DNA of 64,000 nt from a virus. Its lineage: Duplodnaviria > Heunggongvirae > Uroviricota > Caudoviricetes. A program made the position numbers and the translations under genes. The notes under the pieces were generated by a model. It had not been told where the DNA came from. It ran no database searches and saw only the letters and a list, made by a program, of their open reading frames with translations. The DNA lies in the IMG/VR virus record IMGVR_UViG_3300017987_005500; one strand, given 5' to 3'. Numbering within the stretch: position 1 is the first letter of the stretch; every line of letters begins with the position of its first letter. Below are positions 43,501-53,410 of the stretch, piece after piece.

Positions 43501-45161
43501 AAGAAAAAGCAAAATTGAAAGCTGAATTAAAGCAAGCAAGAAAAGATCAGTGGGAACAAAGAAAAATATTATTTAAAGAAAGACTTGACTATTTAAAAAA
43601 TACTCCAAGACGATTAGCTGAATTTAGAAAACAATTTGGAAAAGATACTAAAGAGAGAATTGAGTTAGCTAAACAACAATTATATAAACTCAATAAATTA
43701 GAAGGTGTTCTTCAAAGTACTAAAGATGCACTTTATAAAGGTTTTGGATTTATCAAGAAAATAACAACTGGAGCATTCAAATGGATTATGATAGCTGGTG
43801 CTTTTCTTAAAGATATTATATTTGGAGGATTTAAAACTTTTATAGTTCCTGCTATGGCAACTGCATTTGGTGCTGTAGTTGGTGGAGCAAAATCAGTAAT
43901 TGCCACAATTGCCGGGAAAGCTGCATTGCAAGCAGGAGGAATGGGTGCTGGAGCAGCGGGTATTGCTGGAGTTGGAGTTGGCGGTTATATGGCAGTTAAA
44001 GATGCCATGGCAGCAAGAAAGAATGCTAAAGAATGGGGAACTTCAAAACTTGGAGCAACTCTCGGTGGAGCTTTGGGAGGAACTGAAGCAGGTGGGAAAG
44101 GAGCGAAAAGAGGTGCTTTAAAAGGCGCAGCACTCGGAGCAGGTATTGGGTCATTCATACCCGGAGTCGGTACATTAGTTGGTGGCGCAGTTGGAGCAAT
44201 TGCCGGTGGACTTATGGGAGCTCTTGGAGGAAAGAATATAGCAAAAGGAATGGACTTCATTGCACAGAGTATAAAGAAATTGGTAAAAGGAGTTTATAAT
44301 TTTGTGACATTCCCAGTAAGATTTGCATGGAAAGTTATTAAGACAACTATATCTGATTTTAAAGAAGCTTATAAGAAAAAAGGTGGAATTGGATTAATAA
44401 CAGAGATGGCAAAGAAAACATTGAAATTGGCATTATTTCCTATATATCTTCCTATTAAAATAATGACATCTCTTAGTGAAAAAATTAGAGATTTAGCTAA
44501 AGGTGCTGGAAAGAAAGCATGGGATAAAATTAAATTTGAAGTAATGATGCCATTCAAATGGGTAGGAAGTTTATTCACTAATTTATTTTCAACAATTAAA
44601 GAATTTTTAGTTGATAAATTAAGAGGAATACCATTTGTTGGAGAAAAGATAGCTAAATGGGCAGACGGTATGTCATCAACTCCAACTGAGGCAGCTGATA
44701 AAGTCAATGTTGAAGCATCAGCTGCAACAAAGACAAAACCTTGGACATCATATGATGCTTATCAATCTAAAATGTCTGGAGTTCCTCAAGCAGCAGTAGG
44801 AGGACTTGTAACTAAGACAGGACTTGTTAAAGTTCATGCTGGAGAATTAATATCTCCAATTTCAGATGAAATTAAAGAAAGAATTGAAAATGCTGTAACT
44901 TCAGGTTCTGACATTGCTAAAAAGGATGCTATAAGTGATACCGCTAAAACTAAATTTCTTATTCAAGAACAAGCAAAAGCTCAAAAAGAAGCAATGGATG
45001 ATTTTGCTAAGACGAACTCATTGACAACTGCCACAGTTATTAATAACATTACAAATTCAATGTCAAGCTCAATGCAATCAATTGCTAATAATATGGGCAA
45101 TCAAGATAGAGGTCACTTTGACCCATTAGCTAAACAAATTTTAGAAGGAGATATAAACTAA
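40560..45161 (+). CDS. Tape-measure-like protein
   Basis: 1533 aa, long K/E coiled coil, G/A-rich hydrophobic segment, three GG.V..TG...VH.GE.I.P motifs. Confidence 0.7.
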   Translation: MADSTNINDKPASESTKLEAKQASQVSSLSSFTMKMQEQTKKDIKSMEDRIDSVMRFQAMSKKRAEYAAKAIDSSTKSNKQLASSTSKILGSMNNTIKQLAVGTQKITTSTAVGSKDMLKQYGKAISEDVNYNKQNMVATALSQSTPIFGYFAAKFMETDVFQGAADRIKLRLGDAVKDAFQVSKGMLRTAKDKVSDIFTRSGKVEYSDESKRYLGDTAIAVKDAKDKITGKFKKPIQKAARGGYVDETGVVKVHKGEVITPIEKLPQIAEAMTRMRRVADTPTGTSVHGLIKVMADNAVSMEDFVGEQQKMNRSLTKSFIAGWKEARSPKKKSFENRMLKATLEMKVAMVGMTSRMKIAWQRVLTEHPLFRNLLGVSEILKTSIFTPIQFLFGMRGGYRKYLPKGLNNFQNISQILNITFVQQMQKLDKIIFYLKTLTEGTVGESGDVLLQRWKEEDKKNQDKWSVASRIRNKLKGGPKEKKSLGELGLAKLTARLGLDKESLDKAGITTLLHILSPKKVLKGMGVSKESTRDYRTQAGQAAEKAKWYAGYGADEARMYGEMGKEKMKDKASEMNRNLKKKADRAKWYAGYGADEAKMYGGMLRDKMPFLADGGLLKRTGPIYAHKGEMVLPADKMNSLIDSFNESAKIFKDTANQKKERAKWRYGYAKDEAKMYGESVKEKAGKVGGLFRNIGRFFGIGLTYEEKLERQQKKHDKEMRKKRKKWHKFDNKFFTAMEKDYQKHLKRSTKIATRIEGFIEKRTTRFTNFKTKLAEKLEKGIEKIKTKGEKNRQRTLDTIAKDGIKKRKKIEEYWDSRALKHQQKRLSKIRKAQDKIFGKHKNIMKYFFNKQHRFEMQQERKRKKIAKQQEKVEKKRNKALNKVKDLKLKIEKNREKWQTKLEAKKKKMEERLETRRAKLEGRVKFLQLKKQMKEDEQKAKIQRIRDKALMKLEQKKAKAEMKVRMKEMKAETAKLKKQMKEEKAKLKAELKQARKDQWEQRKILFKERLDYLKNTPRRLAEFRKQFGKDTKERIELAKQQLYKLNKLEGVLQSTKDALYKGFGFIKKITTGAFKWIMIAGAFLKDIIFGGFKTFIVPAMATAFGAVVGGAKSVIATIAGKAALQAGGMGAGAAGIAGVGVGGYMAVKDAMAARKNAKEWGTSKLGATLGGALGGTEAGGKGAKRGALKGAALGAGIGSFIPGVGTLVGGAVGAIAGGLMGALGGKNIAKGMDFIAQSIKKLVKGVYNFVTFPVRFAWKVIKTTISDFKEAYKKKGGIGLITEMAKKTLKLALFPIYLPIKIMTSLSEKIRDLAKGAGKKAWDKIKFEVMMPFKWVGSLFTNLFSTIKEFLVDKLRGIPFVGEKIAKWADGMSSTPTEAADKVNVEASAATKTKPWTSYDAYQSKMSGVPQAAVGGLVTKTGLVKVHAGELISPISDEIKERIENAVTSGSDIAKKDAISDTAKTKFLIQEQAKAQKEAMDDFAKTNSLTTATVINNITNSMSSSMQSIANNMGNQDRGHFDPLAKQILEGDIN

Positions 45162-46492
45162 TGGCTTTACGAATGACACAGCTTCCTAAATACTTTGGAA
45201 TGCCTCCTGATACATTAGTAAGTGAGAATGCTAAATTTAATTCAATGCCTGTACTTGAAATAGTTCCTCATTTACCTAAATTTCAAAGAGGTTTGAGTCT
45301 ATTCAAACTTGATAAAGCATGGGATGGAAATAATGGTTATAAAGCTCTTCTTGAAACATATGGTTATCAATTAGATTCAACTCCTATAAGACTTGCATTT
45401 TTAGCAGATAATTTTCCAACAGATTCTTTTTCAAATGAATATTCTGATAGTTTTTTAAATAGAGTTACAGACGTTGCATCATCTGCAGCAGCTGAACTTG
45501 CTCAAATAACAGGATCTCGAAGTGCTGGAGAGGGAGCTGATAAAATAATTGCCGCCTTAAAAGAAGCAGGTGGAATGGCAGGAGCATTAGGAAGTGGAGT
45601 TTCAGCTGGAAAAGCAGGAGTTGAAAATGTAGGAAATGCTCTTGCAAATTCAATACCTTCTTTAAAAGGAGGAGGCGCTGTATTATCATCTATCATGGCA
45701 GGAGCAAGAGTCGACTTTCCACAAATTTGGAAAAATAGTGGGTTTCAACCATCTTATTCAATAACATGCCGATTATACAATCCTGCTCCAGGAAATGCTG
45801 AAGCAACTGAGAAATATATAATAGGTCCTATTGCTGCTATATTATGTCTTAATTTGCCTCAAACTAAAGATGGTCATACTTACAGCTGGCCATTTTTACA
45901 TAAAATTAAATGTCGAGGATTATTTGATTTAAGAGCTGCATTTATAAGCAACATCACTATAATCAAAGGTGGAGATCAACAACAAATTGCTTGGAATCAA
46001 AGACTTGGAATTGTTGATATAAGAATTGACTTTGGTGGATTATATTCAAGTATGTTGGCAGGAGCTGATGATGGAAATCCAGATAAATCAACTTTGGAAG
46101 CTTATCTTGATATTTTAAGAGATGAAGATACAGCAAGAGATATGTATACAGATCCTAAGAATGGAGAACATCATGGACCTGGCAAATATGTACCAGGAAT
46201 TAAGAGTCAAGCAGCTTTGGCCGCTAATGAAAGAAACTTAAATCTTAAACAAAATATTGCAGGACGAACTAGCGGTTATAAAATAGAAGGTCCTGGATAT
46301 AAGGAAACTGTAACGAGCGCAACTTCAGCTGGTCAAGTAGTTCCTCCACAAAAACAATTTTCTCACACAATGGGTGGTGCTGAAAATGTAACTGACACTG
46401 AGAATTTTCAAACTGAAGCGGGAGATCGTGTTAGTGCTGAGGATAAGGCAACATCTGATTATTTAGATAGTTTAATGCCTCAAATTGGTTAA
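45161..46492 (+). CDS. Probable baseplate/tail-tube initiator-like virion protein
   Basis: Follows the tape measure; FPQIWKNS...YSITCRLYNP...ISNITIIKGG. Confidence 0.45.
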   Translation: MALRMTQLPKYFGMPPDTLVSENAKFNSMPVLEIVPHLPKFQRGLSLFKLDKAWDGNNGYKALLETYGYQLDSTPIRLAFLADNFPTDSFSNEYSDSFLNRVTDVASSAAAELAQITGSRSAGEGADKIIAALKEAGGMAGALGSGVSAGKAGVENVGNALANSIPSLKGGGAVLSSIMAGARVDFPQIWKNSGFQPSYSITCRLYNPAPGNAEATEKYIIGPIAAILCLNLPQTKDGHTYSWPFLHKIKCRGLFDLRAAFISNITIIKGGDQQQIAWNQRLGIVDIRIDFGGLYSSMLAGADDGNPDKSTLEAYLDILRDEDTARDMYTDPKNGEHHGPGKYVPGIKSQAALAANERNLNLKQNIAGRTSGYKIEGPGYKETVTSATSAGQVVPPQKQFSHTMGGAENVTDTENFQTEAGDRVSAEDKATSDYLDSLMPQIG

Positions 46493-47601
46493 CATAAATT
46501 GTTACGTAATATCATTGTTACGTAATATGCAAGGAAGGTATTTATATTGAATTGACTTTGTGAAGTGAGTTTATTATATTTATCTTCATAATTAAGTTCT
46601 TTCAAAACTTTAACAAGAAGAACATTTACTTGTTGTTTGAAATATATTAATTCATTAGTTCGTTTAATAGACATTAATTTTTTAACATACGTAAAATATC
46701 TTTTTCCGCATAATAAATTAACATTCTTTAAATCCTTAATAAACAGTCTATAAATTGATTTTAGATTATCTTGGTATTTAATATCTGTGATAGTTTTTGC
46801 AATTAAAATAGCAAGAGATGTTTTAATTTTAGAAAGTGTCTTTGCTTCAGTTAAAGCTTTATTATCTATAAATTTATAGACTGTGACCTTTTTAGAAATT
46901 TCATCAACTAACCTATCACTTTTCTTTTCAGTTTCTAAATGATGAGCATTCGTATCATCCTCAAGTCCCTCATATGGAGATCTTATTCCAGTTCCTTCTT
47001 TGGAAGCTTTGTAATATAATGTAGCAAAGCTCTTAATACTTTGTGATAATCGAGTTCTTGATTCTTGAATAAAGTTTCCTATTTTCTCTTTATTATTTTC
47101 TAAGATGGCAGCTTTATATCTTGTTTTCATTTCTTTAGCTAAAAACAAAATAGCAGATGGAATTGTTTTCTCTCTAGCAAACAAATGAGTTTTATTTATA
47201 TTATCTAATGTATATTTGAATACATCATCATTGCAAAATTTCATTTGTCTGTGCATTAAGTTTGTATAAAATCTTATCATAAAAAATAATAATGTATATT
47301 CAAATGCTTTCTCTTCTTTCTCTTTTAAGAAATAATACATAATGAAAACTAATAACATTGTTATCTTATCTTTAGTTAATAAAAATTTTGCCCACTTTGT
47401 TCCCTTCCAATATCTTGATACAAATTCTCCTAAATCTTTTTCATTAATTCCAGTTAATCTAAATAATTCATATTGGTGTTTATGTATTTCAGGATAATAA
47501 CATGGTTCAGATAATTTCGTAAGCTCCTGAGCTGCAATTTTAACAATTGTAGACTTAAGTATATTTTTATTTATTTTTGCTTTATTAAGTAGCTCGTCCA
47601 T
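46489..47601 (-). CDS. Hypothetical helical protein
   Basis: 370-aa ORF ending the minus-strand operon. Confidence 0.6.
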   Translation of the reverse strand: MDELLNKAKINKNILKSTIVKIAAQELTKLSEPCYYPEIHKHQYELFRLTGINEKDLGEFVSRYWKGTKWAKFLLTKDKITMLLVFIMYYFLKEKEEKAFEYTLLFFMIRFYTNLMHRQMKFCNDDVFKYTLDNINKTHLFAREKTIPSAILFLAKEMKTRYKAAILENNKEKIGNFIQESRTRLSQSIKSFATLYYKASKEGTGIRSPYEGLEDDTNAHHLETEKKSDRLVDEISKKVTVYKFIDNKALTEAKTLSKIKTSLAILIAKTITDIKYQDNLKSIYRLFIKDLKNVNLLCGKRYFTYVKKLMSIKRTNELIYFKQQVNVLLVKVLKELNYEDKYNKLTSQSQFNINTFLAYYVTMILRNNLC

Positions 47602-47610
47602 TTATTTTCC

Positions 47611-50112
47611 CTATATGACTAAGATTGAAATAGTGTCTTCTGTAAAGTATACATACTCCGGACCATAATCTAACAACTCTTCATCTGTAAAGTCCTCTAA
47701 TTTAAAATTAAAGAAAATACTTGACGCAGGCGCTGTGAGTCTAAGATGATCAACTCCAACAACCTCTTGAACAACATCTGTAATTTCAGATCTATAAATT
47801 GCAATGTTGGATCCGAATCTATCTGAAAAGGATTCTATTAGAGCTGTTTTTATTGAGTTGGATAAGTCTGTATCAGTCCCTGAATAATCACTTCGTTTAA
47901 ATACCTCAAGTTCTAATTGGAGAGGAATTGTATAAGTAGGAACTATCCAACCTGCTATTGCATAAATATATTTCATTCCTTTTCTTGTCACATATACCAT
48001 ATCATCTGTAATTGGTCTTATAAAATACCATGTGACATTTGTTGCATCTGTACATTGCGCAATTTCGTGTTCATGCCCCTCAAAATCACCCGTTGCGTTT
48101 GTTCCTACTATGTATCTATCACCTTTCTTTAAAGACGAAGGATAGACGGGAGGACTCGATATGATATCTATTACGGGAGGTTTTTGAGTTTCGTTTAATT
48201 GCATATTCCTCATATAACCTGACGTATTCGTAAATTTAATATTTGCAAAGTCAGTTAACATTCTGTGTCCAGCAAATGATGTATTCTCCATCATCTTTTG
48301 AAGAACTAATAATTCAAAATCATCTTGATTGATTGAGTCATAATAACTCTTTTTAACAACTGGAATATCATAAATGGTAGAAATATAAGCAGTTGAATCA
48401 TCAACAACATTTGATAACATAAAATCATCAAGAGATTGTCTAAATATAAATCCAGCTGAATATGTACATACTTGCTGTGTTGTATTGCTTATGGTAAAGA
48501 TAGCATTTATATCATCTTCAATTAAAAGAGTATATGGATCAAATGTATATTCAAATCTTTTTTCAGTTGTATTATTTATCATTGTATATACTGACCCAGT
48601 TTCTAAGAAACTCATTTCACAAGTTGTTGAAGCATAATCAGTCTCGTCAGTATAATAATTTAAATACATTACCGCAGTATCACCAACTCTTGTAACTGTA
48701 AATTTTGTAGCTGATATATTATAAACAATTCCATAACTCCTTACAAGAGTAGGAACTAAAACAATTTGATTCATTATATAATGATACATTGCTGATGAAT
48801 TAATATGATCCAAAGTCATATCAAATAATGTAATAAAATCAACATTGTCTATAGGAATTACTGTAGACCTTGGTATATAAGTTTCATCAATAGGAACTTC
48901 ATATGAAGCATTTCTTGATGGAACAATATCATTATTGAAATCAAGTGAAGTGAATAATGATATTTCATTAACTTTAATATCTGATCTTTTAAGAACAGGA
49001 ATTGAATTTGGTTGAATAGGAAAGTTTGGAATTATAACGTCAGTCGCTTGATAATCTCCCTCAGATACTAACCTATTAAGAGCTGTAAGACTCGTTATTG
49101 AATTTCGTCTAACTTCTTCAATTCCTTCCTCGTCCTGCCCTCCAGTTGCTGGAGATGTATTATTGACATCATAATTTACAATTTGTGTGAGTCCTGTTAC
49201 TGAGTTAACTAAATAAACTCTTGGACCATTTACAATTGTTCCGGCAATTACATTACCATTTTCTCCCTCAGTCTCTGTAATAGTAACTCTGACTGTAGAA
49301 CCTGGTGCAGGTTGTACTCCAATAAGACCATTTCCGAAATATATCCTAACTCCATCAGCAGTACGTCTATATACATATCCATAGTCTAAATTCGACATAA
49401 GATACACACTATCGAATTCCTCATATAATCGCCAAGATGTTTCTCCTGGTTCTCTCACCTCAACTTTAAGATCGGCAATTTTTGCATCAACAGGAACATC
49501 AACTACAACAAATTGAAATTCTTGAGTATCTTCATCAATTTGAAATTCTTGAACAGATGTATCATATTGTCTTACTGGCAATAAGAATGAAAATTGTTCA
49601 TCTCCAGTTGTATCAATGCTTACAGGAAGATTATATATTTTATTTTCCTCTGTAACAACTACTGATACATAAGAGTTATTTGTAACAGTCACTTCGGTAT
49701 TATAATATGTAGAGAAACTGAGTCCAGATGAAGTTGTAAATTCTGAATTCTCAGGAATTGTAAAATTTGCATTTGGATCATCAAATGTTAAGTCATAAGT
49801 AAGAAGAACATTACTTGTTGCATATTCAGCTTCAGCAGGAGAATATCCTATAAAAGCTGCAAGATTTAAAATTGATTCAGGAAGTACTGCTTTGGTAAGA
49901 AAGAACTCTTTATATACAGACGTATTATAAAATAAAAGGTTACTTGTTAGAGTTGATAATAAATTTATTAGGAATGAAAGAAATGAAGTTTTCGTAAGAT
50001 CTACATTTTCAAGTTCTAAATATTTTTGCGTAAGCTCTATAATTTCAGTTCTTATTTGATCTCTTGATGAATAGATCTGACTCGAAATTGAAGTTTCTGG
50101 TGCATCTGCCAT
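47611..50112 (-). CDS. Baseplate wedge subunit (T4 gp6/baseplate J-like)
   Basis: SILNLAAFIGY, IYFGNGLIGVQP, GGQDEEGIEEVR..RLVSEGDY. Confidence 0.85.
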   Translation of the reverse strand: MADAPETSISSQIYSSRDQIRTEIIELTQKYLELENVDLTKTSFLSFLINLLSTLTSNLLFYNTSVYKEFFLTKAVLPESILNLAAFIGYSPAEAEYATSNVLLTYDLTFDDPNANFTIPENSEFTTSSGLSFSTYYNTEVTVTNNSYVSVVVTEENKIYNLPVSIDTTGDEQFSFLLPVRQYDTSVQEFQIDEDTQEFQFVVVDVPVDAKIADLKVEVREPGETSWRLYEEFDSVYLMSNLDYGYVYRRTADGVRIYFGNGLIGVQPAPGSTVRVTITETEGENGNVIAGTIVNGPRVYLVNSVTGLTQIVNYDVNNTSPATGGQDEEGIEEVRRNSITSLTALNRLVSEGDYQATDVIIPNFPIQPNSIPVLKRSDIKVNEISLFTSLDFNNDIVPSRNASYEVPIDETYIPRSTVIPIDNVDFITLFDMTLDHINSSAMYHYIMNQIVLVPTLVRSYGIVYNISATKFTVTRVGDTAVMYLNYYTDETDYASTTCEMSFLETGSVYTMINNTTEKRFEYTFDPYTLLIEDDINAIFTISNTTQQVCTYSAGFIFRQSLDDFMLSNVVDDSTAYISTIYDIPVVKKSYYDSINQDDFELLVLQKMMENTSFAGHRMLTDFANIKFTNTSGYMRNMQLNETQKPPVIDIISSPPVYPSSLKKGDRYIVGTNATGDFEGHEHEIAQCTDATNVTWYFIRPITDDMVYVTRKGMKYIYAIAGWIVPTYTIPLQLELEVFKRSDYSGTDTDLSNSIKTALIESFSDRFGSNIAIYRSEITDVVQEVVGVDHLRLTAPASSIFFNFKLEDFTDEELLDYGPEYVYFTEDTISILVI

Positions 50113-50124
50113 AGTTTACTTCCT

Positions 50125-50769
50125 TTAAATAAAGTATAATCCAGCGTTTTGGTTGAATAGGTTATTAGTTTGTAGAGATAATTTATGATTCTTCGAAACC
50201 ATTTTAGCTAAAAATGTAGCATCATCATAAGTATATATTTTCTTTGTATAATCAAAGAAAACAAATAAATCAGATACTTGTTCGTCGACTTGATCTGTAG
50301 TCTTACTTTGAAATAACTCTACTTTTAGTTTATAAAATGTAATGTCTGTATTTACACTTTTTTCTTTTCCGGTAACCATAAATGTTGGATAAATATCATT
50401 TTGAGGTCTTAAATAATCTTGTTCCATTTTAACTATGTCACCCTCATAAGGAAGGATCCCATAGGTACTTGGAATAACTAACTCACAATTTCCTTCTTTA
50501 ATTAATCCTATCTCTGACCCATCATAAGCGGTTGAAACTTCTGTAATAAAGAATACAGGAAGCAAAAGATATTTATTAAATTTAATTCCTGTTAATTCTC
50601 CAACTCTCTCATATGCTCCATCTAATAAGTCTTCATTATCCCAGACAGTATTTACTTTATCCAAATTATAATATGTAGTTAAAAAAGCAATCGCATGTTT
50701 TGAATAATAGCGATAAAGGAGATCCTGATAGTCTTGGATGTACCAGTACAGACGTTCGTATGACTGCAT
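50125..50769 (-). CDS. Probable virion structural protein
   Basis: Position in the tail/baseplate operon. Confidence 0.5.
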   Translation of the reverse strand: MQSYERLYWYIQDYQDLLYRYYSKHAIAFLTTYYNLDKVNTVWDNEDLLDGAYERVGELTGIKFNKYLLLPVFFITEVSTAYDGSEIGLIKEGNCELVIPSTYGILPYEGDIVKMEQDYLRPQNDIYPTFMVTGKEKSVNTDITFYKLKVELFQSKTTDQVDEQVSDLFVFFDYTKKIYTYDDATFLAKMVSKNHKLSLQTNNLFNQNAGLYFI

Positions 50770-51308
50770 TATATATCTCCTCGCATTCTTGCTTTTTTAG
50801 TTGCATATGATAATTGCAATATTGCTTTATTTCTTTTATTTGTATACTCTTTAATTAATGGTAATAATCTTTTTCTACATTTACTTGGATCTTTAGAAGC
50901 GTCACAACCTTTATACTCTTTCTCTAATTTTTCTACAATATTTTTTAAAGCAGCAGTTTTACAATGTCTACTACATAAAGCTTTATTTTTAATTGTTTTA
51001 TCATTTTGACATTTTAATTCACATTTATAATTAAAATCTTTCAATAAATATTGAGAAGCTGCGTGTAATGCCATTCCACCAGGAAGTATAACAGCAGCAG
51101 TTACAAATCCAATACTTAAAACTTTTTTAGCTGGACCGTCAGGAGTTGGAACTTCAGCATCTATTTCAACTTCATTTAAAACAATTTTTAAATCTTGCTC
51201 AGATAAAGATTTAACCCATTTGATCATACCAAGTTGTTCTTTAAATGATGTCTTGGATTTTATATATTCACTTTTAGCAATAAAGTTAATTAAAAATTGT
51301 TTGTCCAT
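50769..51308 (-). CDS. Cys-rich protein with hydrophobic helix (family member)
   Basis: TM-like segment then CELKC..CSRHC..C..KC. Confidence 0.6.
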   Translation of the reverse strand: MDKQFLINFIAKSEYIKSKTSFKEQLGMIKWVKSLSEQDLKIVLNEVEIDAEVPTPDGPAKKVLSIGFVTAAVILPGGMALHAASQYLLKDFNYKCELKCQNDKTIKNKALCSRHCKTAALKNIVEKLEKEYKGCDASKDPSKCRKRLLPLIKEYTNKRNKAILQLSYATKKARMRGDI

Positions 51309-51925
51309 TACTCAGCTCCCTTTTTGCGGAGTTTAAGTCTTCTTGTAGCTTCCTTTTTAGCATACTCTTCTTTTGCCAACTCCAACTTCTCTTTATAATT
51401 TTCTCTCTTTTCTTGCCATTTAGAAAAAGTTTTATTTAATTGTTTCTCACATTTTAAAGGATTTACAGTATCATCACATTTTCCAATTTGGTTTTTAATA
51501 TCTGACATTATTGATTCACAACCTTTCATGTAGCAAATATATTTACATATATTCTTACTATCAGATGGTTGTTTTCGACATGCTTGCCAGCATGGGTCAG
51601 TTGCCTTTTTAAACATATAACCTAAAAGGGCACCTAACCCAAACCCGGCGACTTTTTTAGTACCAAATCGTGCTGCAGCAAACCCCCCAGCCACTGCAGC
51701 TAATCCTACCTTCAAGAGTCTTCCAAATCTTGACTCATAGTCCCTTACCCCTAACTCAAATACTAATTCAACTGATTCTTCATAACTTATTTTATCTATA
51801 TACTCACAAAGGTTTACTTGCTCAACAAATGATAATTTATTACGTAAGGAAACACTTTCCATTACGGACTTTGTTAAGACCTTTTTACAGAAGTCATGTG
51901 ATGCTTGTCTAAGAAAGTCGTCCAT
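51308..51925 (-). CDS. Cys-rich protein with hydrophobic helices (family member)
   Basis: TM-like segments then CWQAC..CKYIC..C..KC. Confidence 0.6.
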   Translation of the reverse strand: MDDFLRQASHDFCKKVLTKSVMESVSLRNKLSFVEQVNLCEYIDKISYEESVELVFELGVRDYESRFGRLLKVGLAAVAGGFAAARFGTKKVAGFGLGALLGYMFKKATDPCWQACRKQPSDSKNICKYICYMKGCESIMSDIKNQIGKCDDTVNPLKCEKQLNKTFSKWQEKRENYKEKLELAKEEYAKKEATRRLKLRKKGAE

Positions 51926-51927
51926 AA

Positions 51928-52356
51928 TTAATTTCCTAATATATTAAAAGTAGTTTTATCAATGACAGCTTGAATTTCCCCAGTTTGTCCACCATATTCA
52001 GCAATAATATTTATTGAAAAACCCTTTCGATTATTTAAAAATTCAACTGTAACTCCTTGAAGTTTCGCTCTGTTATCATATGTTCTTATTGCATATGTAA
52101 CTTCATCAATTATATCACGCATTGTTTCATTATCGGCGGGACTAAAGACGTATTTATATAAATCACATCCAAATTCAGGATCATGATCTACAGTACGAGT
52201 TGGAGTTATGAGAATTTTAAACCAGGACTTTAAGATAACATTTATATCAGTAATACGCGTAAAATCCCCGGATGGAGATATTACGTCGATAAAATCTGAA
52301 TATCTAGTTTTTGAACCGACTACTGATTTTTGAAATCTATCAAGTATATTTGCCAT
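51928..52356 (-). CDS. Baseplate wedge gp25/GpW-like protein
   Basis: ILITPTRTVDHDPEFGCDLYKYVFSP...IRTYDNR. Confidence 0.85.
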   Translation of the reverse strand: MANILDRFQKSVVGSKTRYSDFIDVISPSGDFTRITDINVILKSWFKILITPTRTVDHDPEFGCDLYKYVFSPADNETMRDIIDEVTYAIRTYDNRAKLQGVTVEFLNNRKGFSINIIAEYGGQTGEIQAVIDKTTFNILGN

Positions 52357-52369
52357 AAGTCTCTACTAA

Positions 52370-52534
52370 TTATTTGATTGAGGCAAGTTCTTCTTCCATT
52401 GCTTTTTGCTTATCTTCTTCTAACTTCGCTTTCCATTTAAGAAAACTATGAAAACGATTTATTGGCATTAACATGAGACTTGGATAATATTGTTGCTTAG
52501 TAAGTTCCATGCATGAAAACAAATTTTCGTCCAT
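52370..52534 (-). CDS. 54-aa gp51/GT-like chaperone segment, probably reached by +1 frameshift from the upstream gene
   Basis: MDENLFSCMELTKQQYYPSLMLMPINRFHSFLKWK...; no SD; frame open back to TTT TTT CGT at 52586-52578. Confidence 0.6.
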   Translation of the reverse strand: MDENLFSCMELTKQQYYPSLMLMPINRFHSFLKWKAKLEEDKQKAMEEELASIK

Positions 52535-52559
52535 AATTGTGCGATACTTAGTAATGCCA

Positions 52560-53348
52560 TCAAAGTCCGTACACCATACGAAAAAAGTTTTCCACGAGAT
52601 CTATATTCATTAAATCTTCATTCCCACAATGTTTACAATGGGACATCATATTTAATGCAATCTCGTATTGACCAAACTCTTCTTTATATTTATCGTTTAT
52701 TTTTCTCCTATCAATAGGAGGCAAAGTCATATAAGCATTAACAATGTCAGACCTTTCGCTATAAACGTCAGGTTCAGTTTGCTTCTCAATATCTTGATGA
52801 AATTGTGCGACAGCAAGAGCTTCGGTCAAAACATCTATTTTAGCACCCGGTTGAATAGACTGTCTCTGATACATTTCAAGTTCATCTTTAAGAGTGGGTT
52901 GTTTGATTAATGCAGTAACCCCTTTTGTAACAGGAAGAGGAACCTCATGAGTCTTTCTGAGAATATCATCTTCAGGATATAAAGATGCAGAGAATGTGTC
53001 AGATGCTTTAATAGTAATTGGATATTCTTTTCTACAAGAAGTACAGGTTACATCATAGTTCCTTATTTCTTCATAAGAAATATGATATAACCCGTACAAT
53101 AATGCGTCGCGGTCCTTTGTCGTTACAAACTTTAAAAATGAGTCGAAGTCAGTTATTTCTTTTGGCTTCTTTACCAGAGATTCATAAATAATTTTATTTA
53201 AGTGCTCGGTAATTTTTTGAGGACTCATGAAGCTGCCCTTCATTCTTTCCTCTTCAGCCACGTTAAGACTTCTCAAAGTGAAAGTTTGCTTTGTCTGAGG
53301 AGTCGTTACTTCATACTCAGGATATTTAGCGTTGAATCCTTTAAACAT
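52560..53348 (-). CDS. Baseplate hub/tail assembly chaperone (T4 gp26-like)
   Basis: YPEYEVTTP..TLRSLNVAEE, DRDALL, CTSC, CKHCG...NFF. Confidence 0.75.
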   Translation of the reverse strand: MFKGFNAKYPEYEVTTPQTKQTFTLRSLNVAEEERMKGSFMSPQKITEHLNKIIYESLVKKPKEITDFDSFLKFVTTKDRDALLYGLYHISYEEIRNYDVTCTSCRKEYPITIKASDTFSASLYPEDDILRKTHEVPLPVTKGVTALIKQPTLKDELEMYQRQSIQPGAKIDVLTEALAVAQFHQDIEKQTEPDVYSERSDIVNAYMTLPPIDRRKINDKYKEEFGQYEIALNMMSHCKHCGNEDLMNIDLVENFFRMVYGL

Positions 53349-53410
53349 TTTTGATCTCCTTATATTCGCATTTTAATTAAGTTGTTCATATATTATTTTA
53401 AATCAACTTA

